64,000 bases of DNA from an uncultured Ignavibacteria bacterium (GTDB taxonomy: Bacteria; Zixibacteria; MSB-5A5; SM1-73): contig CAZOJT010000011.1 of the NCBI GenBank assembly GCA_964580215.1, positions 5,884 to 69,883 of the forward strand, given 5' to 3'. Of the stretch, positions 51,145-60,318 are shown piece by piece. Position 1 is the stretch's first letter; every line of letters begins with the position of its first letter. The notes under the pieces were generated by a model. That model ran no database searches and was not told where the DNA came from. It saw only the letters and a list, made by a program, of their open reading frames with translations. The translations under genes were made by a program, and so were the position numbers.

Positions 51145-51822
51145 TTATTTTTTATCTTTTACCCCCGGCTCTGGGGACTTTTTCGCCTCTTTTTCTTTTC
51201 CCGCCTTCGACGGGACCTCCGATTTCTTCTTGCTTGTGGAAGTTAGAGGAATTCCACCCTTTATCAATGCTCTGGAGTTGTCAAACGCCGGATAGATGCC
51301 CTTCACATCCGGGGTAACGAACTTCAGCAAATTAAATGGCTTGATTAAGGTGGTGTCCATATAGAAATCCTGAAATTTCTTACTTTTGGGAACGGTGAAG
51401 TATATTCTCGCCACCTCTCCATCGCCCTTTTTCAGAGGAGGTTTGGTTCCTGACCAATCAGCTATCAGCCCAATCAACAATGTCTGGCGAACGGTATCTC
51501 TATTCACTGTTTTTGTTTGGAAATACTCTGTTCTGGTATTCGAGAATTTCGCAGAGTCACACCTAATGGAGCTTTTCCCATTACCGTAACGAAAGGGCAA
51601 GGTCATCGCTATTAGATCCTCGTCATTGAACACAGAGACAGATGCGGTCACCTGGTTGCTTTTTTCATCCTGAAATACCACGATCCGGCAGGTATCTGGC
51701 TTGCCAAACCGATCCTTCTGGGCAAAAGAAGAGGATGAATACAAAATCATCCACACCAAGGCTACTGTAACCGCTAAAGTCAGACGGATGAAAGGATGTG
51801 TGTCTCTCATCATTTCCTCCAT
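51145..51822 (-). CDS. Secreted cohesin-like domain protein with Lys-rich tail
   Basis: Signal peptide; VSVFNDEDLIAMTLPFRY...DSAKFSNTR...LLIGLI...PLKKGDGEVARIYF...MDTT resembles cohesin beta-sandwich. Confidence 0.6.
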   Translation of the reverse strand: MEEMMRDTHPFIRLTLAVTVALVWMILYSSSSFAQKDRFGKPDTCRIVVFQDEKSNQVTASVSVFNDEDLIAMTLPFRYGNGKSSIRCDSAKFSNTRTEYFQTKTVNRDTVRQTLLIGLIADWSGTKPPLKKGDGEVARIYFTVPKSKKFQDFYMDTTLIKPFNLLKFVTPDVKGIYPAFDNSRALIKGGIPLTSTSKKKSEVPSKAGKEKEAKKSPEPGVKDKK

Positions 51823-52175
51823 TTTTAAATGGTTAAAAAGCTTAGTTTCTCAGTCTAAATATCATACGGACAAAATTTCCTTACTCCAAACTCCAAACGG
51901 GTATTATTCACCCGACATTCATTTACCGTTGGTGAAAAACACCAACGGGGAGCAGGTCTTATTATCCTGCATTTAATACGACCACTGACTGCCGTCTGCC
52001 GACCGCGGACGGCTTTGTCTTCATGGATACCTTCCTTCTTTAAGATAATATATCTTCTTGAAGAAGAAAAGGCAACTTATATTTATGGTAAGTTGCAGAA
52101 TCATTCATGGTGAACCATAAATCGATCTTTAGGTGGTTCTTCGACAGCCGCGTGTCATACGTCTGTTGGTCGCTT

Positions 52176-52621
52176 TTATAAATAATCTTTCAAAACCAGG
52201 ACCTTTATTTTTTCTATCTGTTTGAGCTTCTTATCATTGGTGAGAAATGCATCCGCTCCAACATCAATAGCCACGGAAATCTGAATAGCATCAATGGTTC
52301 TGAGGTTTGAATATCGTCCTCGTAACCTCCCCCCTTTCTCAGCTATACTTGCAGAGATTTCTATCAGGCTAAGATTTTTTCATGTTTGAGAAACTCTGCG
52401 AATTTTCTTGCTAACTTTTCATCTTTGGCTTCAATTGGTTTTGGCAAAACCTCAGCAAGGGTTATAACAGAGGAAAAGGCGCTCAATTTACCTGACTGAA
52501 AAGAATTAACCACTTCTTTGGCAAGTGGCCCAAACTGAGAATGTGCTTCAATATAGTAGATAATTGGCGCTGTATCTATAAAGATAGTATTTATTTGGTC
52601 AAGCTCATCGGAGAGAGTCAT
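52176..52621 (-). pseudogene. PIN-domain (VapC-like) toxin with 1-nt frameshift
   Basis: IFIDTAPIIY...SVITLAEVL; second frame NLSLIEISASIAEKGGRLRGRYSNLRTIDAIQISVA...FLTNDKKL; 446 nt, break at T6 52375-52380. Confidence 0.85.
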
Positions 52622-52842
52622 ACCCGATCCTCTCTCAAACCATTAACATACTTTTGGGCATCTTCTCCTTCCCATAACCCTTTTCCGAGTCCATAAAGTT
52701 TATTCCAGTCAAGTTCCTTTTTCATAGAAAGACCAGTCTTTCTTAATTGATAAATAAGCCTTTCTAACAATTTTAACTGCTCCTGAGGCGCCAGTTTCTC
52801 TATCTCCTTTTCAATTTTTTCCAAGGTTGTACCTTCTCTCAT
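52618..52842 (-). CDS. Putative antitoxin of the PIN toxin
   Basis: 74 aa, ATGA overlap with toxin; LYGLGKGLWEGEDAQKYVNGLREDR. Confidence 0.8.
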   Translation of the reverse strand: MREGTTLEKIEKEIEKLAPQEQLKLLERLIYQLRKTGLSMKKELDWNKLYGLGKGLWEGEDAQKYVNGLREDRV

Positions 52843-52863
52843 TCTTAAACTCCTCTTTTGTTC

Positions 52864-52977
52864 GTCACGGACGCCCTTCAGGGTGAATCCTTTCCCTCGA
52901 CCCTGAGGTCTTCCTTCGACACTGAGTCTCAGGACGAAGTGCGGGACCGAAGGGCAGGATGAGCCCTCGTCCGTGAC
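52864..52977. repeat. Nested hairpin element
   Basis: gtcacggacg-CCCT-[insert]-CCCT-cgtccgtgac. Confidence 0.75.
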
Positions 52978-53143
52978 GCCTCAAGGTAATAGATTCATCT
53001 TGAACGGGCAAGGTGTCCATTACCAACACAGAGATTTTCATTCCATTCCCTGCTGGTGAATAACATCAACGGGGAGCAAGTTAAGTATCACAGTCTTATT
53101 ATCCTGCGTTTATTCGACTGCCGACCGCGGACGGCCGACGGCT

Positions 53144-54394
53144 TTAAATAATATTCTCCCGCATGGCGCAGAACTCTCCACACATGGTGCATTTTTGGAA
53201 GTCCGATCCAACCTCTCCCCTCTTTTTTTTTGCTCTTTCTGGATCCAGGCTTAAACCGATCATCCGTTCCCAGTCAAATTTCTTTCTTGCCTGGGAGATG
53301 AGATTATCTTGTTGCTCTGCCATTCTCACCCCTTTGGAGATATCTGCGGCATGGGCAGCGATTCTGGAGGCGATGATTCCTTCTCTGACATCTTCTAAAT
53401 CCGGCAAACCCAGATGTTCAGACGGGGTGACATAACAGAGGAAATCTGCTCCTGCGGATGCCGCCACCGCCCCGCCGATGGCAGAGACGATATGGTCATA
53501 TCCGGGAGCGCAATCGATCACCAGAGGACCCAGAACATAAAAAGGCGCTTGGTGGCAAAGCTTTTTTTCCAGAAGCACATTAGCTTCGATCTCATGAATG
53601 GGGATATGTCCGGGACCCTCCACCATCGCCTGCACTCCTTTCTCTTTTGCTCTCTCCACCAGTTCTCCCAATATCAGAAGCTCCTCCATCTGAGTGCGAT
53701 CGGTGGAATCAGCTATACTGCCCGGTCTTAAACCATCCCCTAAACTCAAAGTGGCGTTATATTCTTTGGTCATATCCAGAAGCTCATCATAAAACTCATA
53801 TAAAGGATTTTCTTTATTGTTATGTTTCATCCACCTATACAGAAAAGACCCTCCCCGGCTGACGATGCCGGTAGTTCTCTTCTTTTCATCAATTATAGGG
53901 AGGGCTCTTCTGGTTAGTCCACAATGAACCGTGAGAAAATCGACTCCGGATTTGAGATGATCCTCGATAACGGAGAAAAGGGACTCTTTGGTCATCTCCA
54001 CCAATGATTTTCCATTCCGAAACAGTTTACAGACTGTCTCATATATGGGGACCGTCCCCACCGGAATTTTTGATTCCTTTAGAATGTTTATACGCAAGTC
54101 CCGAACCTCTCCTCCGGTGGAAAGATCCATCACCGTATCTGCCCCCAATTCCATAGAGAGCTTAAGCTTTGCAAGTTCCAAATCAAAATCGACTCTGTCC
54201 GGGGAAGTTCCTAAGTTCACATTTATCTTGGTCTTCAAACCCTTGCCCACTCCCACTGGTTTTGTCCACTTTCGTAGCTTGTTCTTGAGGATAACGATGG
54301 TTCCTTCCTCCACCCCTTCCGTTATGATGGCTGGATCTAACGCTTCCTCTTGGGCCACGCTTTGAATGTCTTCATCTTTCACATTTATAATCAT
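53144..54394 (-). CDS. thiC: Phosphomethylpyrimidine synthase ThiC family (radical SAM; BzaA/B/F not excluded)
   Basis: KINVNLGTS, DTVMDLSTGG, GIVSRGGS, SLGDGLRPG, MVEGPGH, PSEHLGLP, C-terminal CTMCGEFC. Confidence 0.9.
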   Translation of the reverse strand: MIINVKDEDIQSVAQEEALDPAIITEGVEEGTIVILKNKLRKWTKPVGVGKGLKTKINVNLGTSPDRVDFDLELAKLKLSMELGADTVMDLSTGGEVRDLRINILKESKIPVGTVPIYETVCKLFRNGKSLVEMTKESLFSVIEDHLKSGVDFLTVHCGLTRRALPIIDEKKRTTGIVSRGGSFLYRWMKHNNKENPLYEFYDELLDMTKEYNATLSLGDGLRPGSIADSTDRTQMEELLILGELVERAKEKGVQAMVEGPGHIPIHEIEANVLLEKKLCHQAPFYVLGPLVIDCAPGYDHIVSAIGGAVAASAGADFLCYVTPSEHLGLPDLEDVREGIIASRIAAHAADISKGVRMAEQQDNLISQARKKFDWERMIGLSLDPERAKKKRGEVGSDFQKCTMCGEFCAMRENII

Positions 54395-55163
54395 TAATCT
54401 TCATCTCCAACTAAACTCATGCTAGCTCTGAGATGGTGGAATCTGTTTGGACCAGGAAGCTTTCCTCCTTATGATTGCCCAACTTAATTTTGTGGTCGAA
54501 GACTCCAAAGACTTGCATTTTGATATTCCTTCCTGTAATATCTGATGCAAGCCATTTTATTGTAGGTTAATATAAGCTATCGGTTTTGTCAAGCAATTAT
54601 TTACACGATTCGACCTTATTGCCATACGGCAGGTGAGGATGAAGCGTTGGGAGGCTGAAAGGTAGCATAAGCTCAATCATCTTCTCCGCATGAGGATCAA
54701 TTAGAAGGGATCAAGAAAAATGCATCGTGTTATGGAGTTTCCCTATCTTTTTCAAGCATCGGATTCATCCTGAAGGATAACAGAAGTATCTTCCTGTTCC
54801 GGGCACGAAATCTTTCCACAGGATCGTGTGGATACCTCCCATGCATTTCGCGTTGGTGAAGCCTGCTGGCCATGCACGGACGTGCCCGTCTGGGCTCCAA
54901 GAGCCAGCCATCCAAATCAGACATTACCAATCGAAAAAGGTAATGTGAAAAGTGGTTGACAAGGTTGCATAAATGATTATAATGTGTCATATAAACAGAA
55001 AGGCTGTGAGCAACCCGACACGGAATTGAGGGGAGTTGAGTGAAATAAGAGGAAAAGTGGGAACTTCTTATAGAGGAACAAACAGCATCCATTTCCCGTT
55101 TCATACAGACTGTATACTCGTTGTTAAGTGGACAACGTATAATATAGCTGATAGGAATTATAG

Positions 55164-56609
55164 ATGGCAACAACTCAAATCGAAGCAATGAATCTCGATG
55201 GGGATGTACCACAGGCGGCAATGAAAGGACTCGACCGCATTGAAAAGCTGAACCGCGATGCCGAAGCGCGGTGGGCAGAAAAACTGCAGGTTGATGCCTC
55301 GCTCACTCGCGCACTTGTGAGCTTTCAAGCCAACAAGAGCAGAGCCGTTTATCGTTGGTTCAAATTTAAAGAGGCTTTTTCCGCAGGCCTCGTCGAGCAT
55401 CTGCTGCGCAGGTATCGAATCGCCAGCGGTATTGTGCTTGATCCATTTGCAGGAAGCGGGACGGCTTTGTTTGCAGCAGGCGGTTTAGGGATGAGGACCG
55501 AAGGGATCGAACTGCTACCGATAGGTCAAACCATCATCACGACGAAGCAGTTGATTGATTGGCAGTTGACCGACGCGGATGTTGGACGATTGGCCTCTTG
55601 GCGGGATAAGCGCCCGTGGCGTCAGAGCAAGGCTTCTATGGCGATCAATGAATTGCGGATCACACGTGGCGCATATCCGGCAGAGACGCTTGAGGCGATG
55701 GGGCGATTTCTCGCTGCGTCAGAACAAGAGGGAGAACGCGTGAAGGCCATCCTGCTCTTTGCCCTGCTGTGCATCCTTGAAACTATCAGTTACACGCGGA
55801 AGGATGGGCAGTATCTCCGCTGGGACTATCGCTCTGGCCGATGCCAAGGGAAAAAGAGGTTCGACAAGGGCGAGATTTTAGGCTTTGACAAAGCGATCAC
55901 GGACAAGCTGGATGACATTGTTACGGACTTGTGTTCCTCTGATTTTCCCGAGGATTTGTTCGCGACGACTCGCTCGAAGGCTGATGTCAAGCTGCACGGT
56001 GGTTCATGCCTTGCCATTCTGCCAAAACTCAAAGCAGAGGCCTACAACTGCCTGATCACCTCTCCACCCTACTGCAATCGCTACGACTATACGCGCACCT
56101 ATGCTCTGGAACTCGCTCTTCTTGGTGTTGACCAGGAAGGATTGGTCAGACTCAGACAGGAAATGTTGAGTTGCACGGTGGAAAACCGTGCCAAAGACCT
56201 TCTGGCGTTGAATCCAGAATGGAAACCGGCAATGATGGCCGCTGATAGACAACCGCTCCTTAAAAGCATCCTTGCCTACTTGGATTCGCAGAAGGAACTC
56301 GATCTACTCAACAATGACGGAATCCCTCGCATGGTGCGCGGATACTTCTACGAGATGGCTTGCGTTATTTTTGAGTCCGCGCGGGTGCTGAAGCGAGACG
56401 CTCTTCTCATCATGGTCAACGACAATGTGCGATACGCCGGGGCAGCTATCTCCGTAGATATTATTCTCTCCCAAATTGCTGAGCAATTGGGGTTCGAGCC
56501 GAAGCAGATTCTTGTGCTGCCCAACGGAAAAGGAAACAGCAGCCAGCAAATGGGTGCTCATGGCCGCGAAGCGCTGCGTAAATGTGTGTATATCTGGCGA
56601 AAGAAATAG
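55164..56609 (+). CDS. Site-specific DNA methyltransferase (N4-cytosine type, M.AvaI/M.BsoBI-like)
   Basis: [31 protein letters not shown]. Confidence 0.9.
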   Translation: MATTQIEAMNLDGDVPQAAMKGLDRIEKLNRDAEARWAEKLQVDASLTRALVSFQANKSRAVYRWFKFKEAFSAGLVEHLLRRYRIASGIVLDPFAGSGTALFAAGGLGMRTEGIELLPIGQTIITTKQLIDWQLTDADVGRLASWRDKRPWRQSKASMAINELRITRGAYPAETLEAMGRFLAASEQEGERVKAILLFALLCILETISYTRKDGQYLRWDYRSGRCQGKKRFDKGEILGFDKAITDKLDDIVTDLCSSDFPEDLFATTRSKADVKLHGGSCLAILPKLKAEAYNCLITSPPYCNRYDYTRTYALELALLGVDQEGLVRLRQEMLSCTVENRAKDLLALNPEWKPAMMAADRQPLLKSILAYLDSQKELDLLNNDGIPRMVRGYFYEMACVIFESARVLKRDALLIMVNDNVRYAGAAISVDIILSQIAEQLGFEPKQILVLPNGKGNSSQQMGAHGREALRKCVYIWRKK

Positions 56610-57565
56610 CAAATGCCGAAGCCATATTCCAGCACCTCAGATCCAGCAAGAGCCTTGAGACAACCTACGAGGCGGTTCGAGCGGGATTCGTTGCGCTTGC
56701 GCTGGAAAAGAATCGCCGTGCTACGCCCTTTGTCGCTCAAGCAAGAGCATTAAAAGCCGCGGCCAGCAGAGCCAAGTCACCCGCTGGCTTGCTAAAGATT
56801 CCTGAAATTCAACCGGCATTGCTGACGGCGGCTGGAGTTTCAGACAAAGCAGTAAATCACCTGCAAGGCACTGACAAGCGCGAAGCCGTGAACGGCCTTA
56901 TCAAGAACTTTCTCGAGCCAGCAGGCGCGAACTTCATCGAGGAGCTTGTCTTTCGATTTCTGCTAACACGTGGCGATACGCTCGGTGGCTCGATGCGAAA
57001 CATCGGTGGCTTCATGGCTCAGAAGAAACTCACGCGAGCCATTGTCGCCTACTTGAAACTGGTGGGATACCAGTGCCAGTGGCTACACAGCGAGACCAAC
57101 ACTTGGGCCGAACTACCGCAGGAGGTCGCCGATGTCGAACTGTCGTTGCGTGGCCTCTGCTGGGATACGAGCAAAGGGCCGAGAACGCTCCTTTATAACC
57201 TGACCGTCCCGTTGTTCCGAAACAACGTGGACTTGTCGCTGTTCAACTGTGCTGCAAAAGATCTGACTCGCGAAATAATCAAGACACCATCCGCTTACAT
57301 CGCACTTGGCGAACTCAAGGGCGGCATTGACCCGGCTGGAGCGGACGAACATTGGAAGACGGCTCGCACTGCGCTTGATCGGATTCATGAAGCTTTTGCA
57401 AAGCAGAAACTCAAACCACATACTTTCTTTATCGGAGCAGCCATTGAAGCCAAGATGGCCACGGAGATTTGGGAAATGCTCAAGCGAGGCAATCTGGAAA
57501 ATGCCGCAAACCTCACCGACGAGGATCAGATTGCCTCCGTTACGAGTTGGCTTTGCTCATTGTGA
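56582..57565 (+). CDS. Type II restriction endonuclease, AvaI/BsoBI family
   Basis: [41 protein letters not shown]. Confidence 0.93.
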   Translation: MCVYLAKEIANAEAIFQHLRSSKSLETTYEAVRAGFVALALEKNRRATPFVAQARALKAAASRAKSPAGLLKIPEIQPALLTAAGVSDKAVNHLQGTDKREAVNGLIKNFLEPAGANFIEELVFRFLLTRGDTLGGSMRNIGGFMAQKKLTRAIVAYLKLVGYQCQWLHSETNTWAELPQEVADVELSLRGLCWDTSKGPRTLLYNLTVPLFRNNVDLSLFNCAAKDLTREIIKTPSAYIALGELKGGIDPAGADEHWKTARTALDRIHEAFAKQKLKPHTFFIGAAIEAKMATEIWEMLKRGNLENAANLTDEDQIASVTSWLCSL

Positions 57566-57638
57566 TTCGCGAAAGAAACAGTTGTCATGCCTCGCAATGC
57601 GTTCCGCCGGATGGCAACTCCGCTGCGCTGCATAGTCC

Positions 57639-58340
57639 GTAGGTCAGGTGCCCTGAGCACCTGACACCAAGATAAGTCAGTAGCACGTAGCTACTCACCT
57701 ACCCACTGAATATGAAGCGTCTGACCAGTGCATGCACACGGACGGAGATTTAGCTACGCTCCATTGCTCCACGTGAGCTTGGTCGTTATCATCCTACGTC
57801 CTCAGGTTGAAAATCCCGCCAAAGGCGGGGGTGGAATAAACCCCATTCTGATACCTAACCCGCAGTCTCTCTTACCACAAAGAGCAAATTTACAACAACT
57901 TCAATGTTGAAAAGGATAGCTCCACCTTTATGGGAGTGTGAAAAAGACGCTTTTGGAGTGCAAAAGCTTGTTGAAGCAAAGCGTAAATCCCGCTTTGCGG
58001 GGCTTTTGCGGTTTTCTGGATGATGAATAATGGTACGTGTACAGATACTCCCCTTGTGGGAGACGAATGATCCCTTCAGGGTGAACCCTCTTTAATCACC
58101 GCCGGATGGCTGAAAAAAAATTTAAAAAACAATCACCAGTATGGTCAGTAAGGTCAGAAACACCGGTTTCGTAGGTCAAGCATGTCCTTCTCCCGCCAAA
58201 GGCGGGATCTAGATGAATCCGTTGACCGTTTTGTCTCCTCCCACAGAGAGTTCGTAGGTCAACCATGTCCGAAGGACTGGTTGACAAATCTATTGTCTGA
58301 GTCTCAGGACGAAGTGCAGGACAAGTCCGTTGACTATCCG
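57639..58340. repeat. REP mosaic downstream of the R-M system
   Basis: GTAG-GTCAGGTGC-cctga-GCACCTGAC; CCCGCCAAAGGCGGG at 57815 and 58192; cccttcagggtgaaccct near 58073. Confidence 0.7.
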
Positions 58341-58341
58341 T

Positions 58342-59160
58342 TTAACCCGCTGACCGCTTTGCCTCCTCCCATAAAGAATCCAGAAGGGGGAGTCCGGCCT
58401 CCTTGAGCGGAATCTTCTTTCGCTTTAGCTGTTTTTCCACATAGTTGAATCTTTTCACAAACTTGTCTATGGTCTTTCCCAGCGCAAATTCAGGATTGAT
58501 GTTTAGATGTCGACAAAGGTTCACCCAGGAGAAAAGGATATCCCCCATCTCCTCTTCCATTTCTGTCTGTTTGATCCTCTTCTTTCTGGATGCTCTTTTT
58601 AGCTCATCTATTTCCTCTTCAATTTTTGAAAAGACCTCGTCTGCTCTTTTCCAATCGAAATCAAATCTTGCCACCTTCTCCTGCACCCGATAGGCTTTAA
58701 GCAAGGCGGGCAAATGACGGGGGATGCCGGAAAGGACTGATCTGTTTTTGACCCCGGTAGTGCTCAATTTTATATGTTCCCAGTTCTTTAATACCTCCTC
58801 TGACGAGATAGCCTTCTTCTTTCCGAATACATGGGGATGCCTTGTTTTAAGCTTGTCACTCAGATGTTTGATCACCTCATATATGTCAAACTTCCTTCTC
58901 TCTTTTGCTATCTGAGCATGAAAGACTATCTGCAAAAGCAGGTCTCCTAACTCCTCCTTTAATTTCTCGTCGTCGCTTATCTCGATGGTGTCCAAGACCT
59001 CATATGCTTCCTCAATCAAATAGGGCAGAAGCGATTTGTGTGTCTGCTCTCTATCCCAGGGGCATCCTTTTTTGGATCTGAGCTTAGACATCAATCTGAT
59101 TAAGTCAGGAAAAGTATCTTTTTTGTTCTTTCCGCGGGATCCTTTGGACATGATTCTCAA
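58342..59160 (-). CDS. mazG: Nucleoside triphosphate pyrophosphohydrolase
   Basis: GCPWDREQT, EEAYEV, EELGDLLLQ, RHPHVF, EEEMGDILF. Confidence 0.96.
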   Translation of the reverse strand: MRIMSKGSRGKNKKDTFPDLIRLMSKLRSKKGCPWDREQTHKSLLPYLIEEAYEVLDTIEISDDEKLKEELGDLLLQIVFHAQIAKERRKFDIYEVIKHLSDKLKTRHPHVFGKKKAISSEEVLKNWEHIKLSTTGVKNRSVLSGIPRHLPALLKAYRVQEKVARFDFDWKRADEVFSKIEEEIDELKRASRKKRIKQTEMEEEMGDILFSWVNLCRHLNINPEFALGKTIDKFVKRFNYVEKQLKRKKIPLKEAGLPLLDSLWEEAKRSAG

Positions 59161-59446
59161 TACCAGTTTTTGTGACCATCATTTTTGTTAAGTAATATAA
59201 ACATTTCACCCCGCCGGACAAAATCTTTTTAGGGATTTTTTGAAACAAGGACTCTAAAAAGTTCCTTTAAAGTTCAAAAATTCATCAACTAATCAATAAT
59301 GCCATAATTTACATAAACAAACTGTTTAATTTTAAAGCAAATTCTCTTTCTACGCTTATAAGCGGTTCGGTTGTAGACGATAAACTGATTAGTTAATTGA
59401 GGGGGTAAATCTATCCTATAACATAAATCTCAAAAGGAGGGCTTCC

Positions 59447-59989
59447 ATGAACGGCGCCATGTTTAACAGTTTGGCTCGTTTTATTGATAAAAATTATCCC
59501 CAGGTCTCCTTTACCGAGCTGTGTCAAAAGGCATCTTTAAAAACCAACGTGTTTGCTGAGTTGACCTGGTATCCGGATAAAGATTTTACAAAAATCATGC
59601 AAGCTTTAGGTGACCAGACGGAGACGGAGCTTACCACCCTGTACAGAGAGTTCGGGCGGGAGACCTTCTCCTATTTTGCGGATATATTCAGTGATTATAT
59701 GAGCGGGGTCAAAAGCTTCAGTGATCTGATCACAGCGGTAAACAGGATTCACCATAATATAAAACGGGATGGTCTGGGAACCCCTCCTCGACTGGAATTC
59801 AGAAAAGCCTCGCCCAACTATTTTGAAATAAGATATTCTTCTGACAGGAATTTGGATGATTTCTTTTTGGGAATGTTAGAGGGAGCTATCAAATATTTCC
59901 AGACAGATGTAAAAATACTGGGAAGAAAACAACGAGGGAAACTGATTGTTACCATCAGGATCAAAGAGTCAGAAATGGTAATGGTTTAA
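59447..59989 (+). CDS. Heme NO-binding (H-NOX/HNOB) domain protein
   Basis: MNG start, YPD, proximal His102, PPRL, Y130-x-S132-x-R134, GMLEGA. Confidence 0.85.
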   Translation: MNGAMFNSLARFIDKNYPQVSFTELCQKASLKTNVFAELTWYPDKDFTKIMQALGDQTETELTTLYREFGRETFSYFADIFSDYMSGVKSFSDLITAVNRIHHNIKRDGLGTPPRLEFRKASPNYFEIRYSSDRNLDDFFLGMLEGAIKYFQTDVKILGRKQRGKLIVTIRIKESEMVMV

Positions 59990-60318
59990 GCAACAGCAAT
60001 TTTTGAAAATTCAAGTCCGAATTTGTCCATTTGGACTCAAATAAGGATCCTGGGGACAAGACCAGGGAGTTGATTAGATTAAAGTTTCAGGGTCGTTGAG
60101 AGAGTCTTAGGGCGAGATGAATTCTCGCCCCTATCTCTCTGAAAGGTCACCTTGTCAAGAACTATTTTGGAGGCTTTCCCCGTTAATGGTACAATTTTTT
60201 TTGTTCGTCCCGGATTCACCCTGAGCGGACGAGGTGTCCGTGACCAAAATGCGGTTGATAATGGAAGAGGTCGTCTCTTACCGAGAAAGAAAACAGGGTT
60301 GAAAAGCGGGCAGGAATC

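Noticed and set aside
54395-54720. TPP riboswitch upstream of thiC
   Set aside because: No CTGAGA...CCTGA...GCGTAGGGA-type core found on the - strand
54730-55221. 163-aa ORF upstream of the methyltransferase
   Set aside because: Atypical composition, overlaps the MTase start on the opposite strand, no motifs
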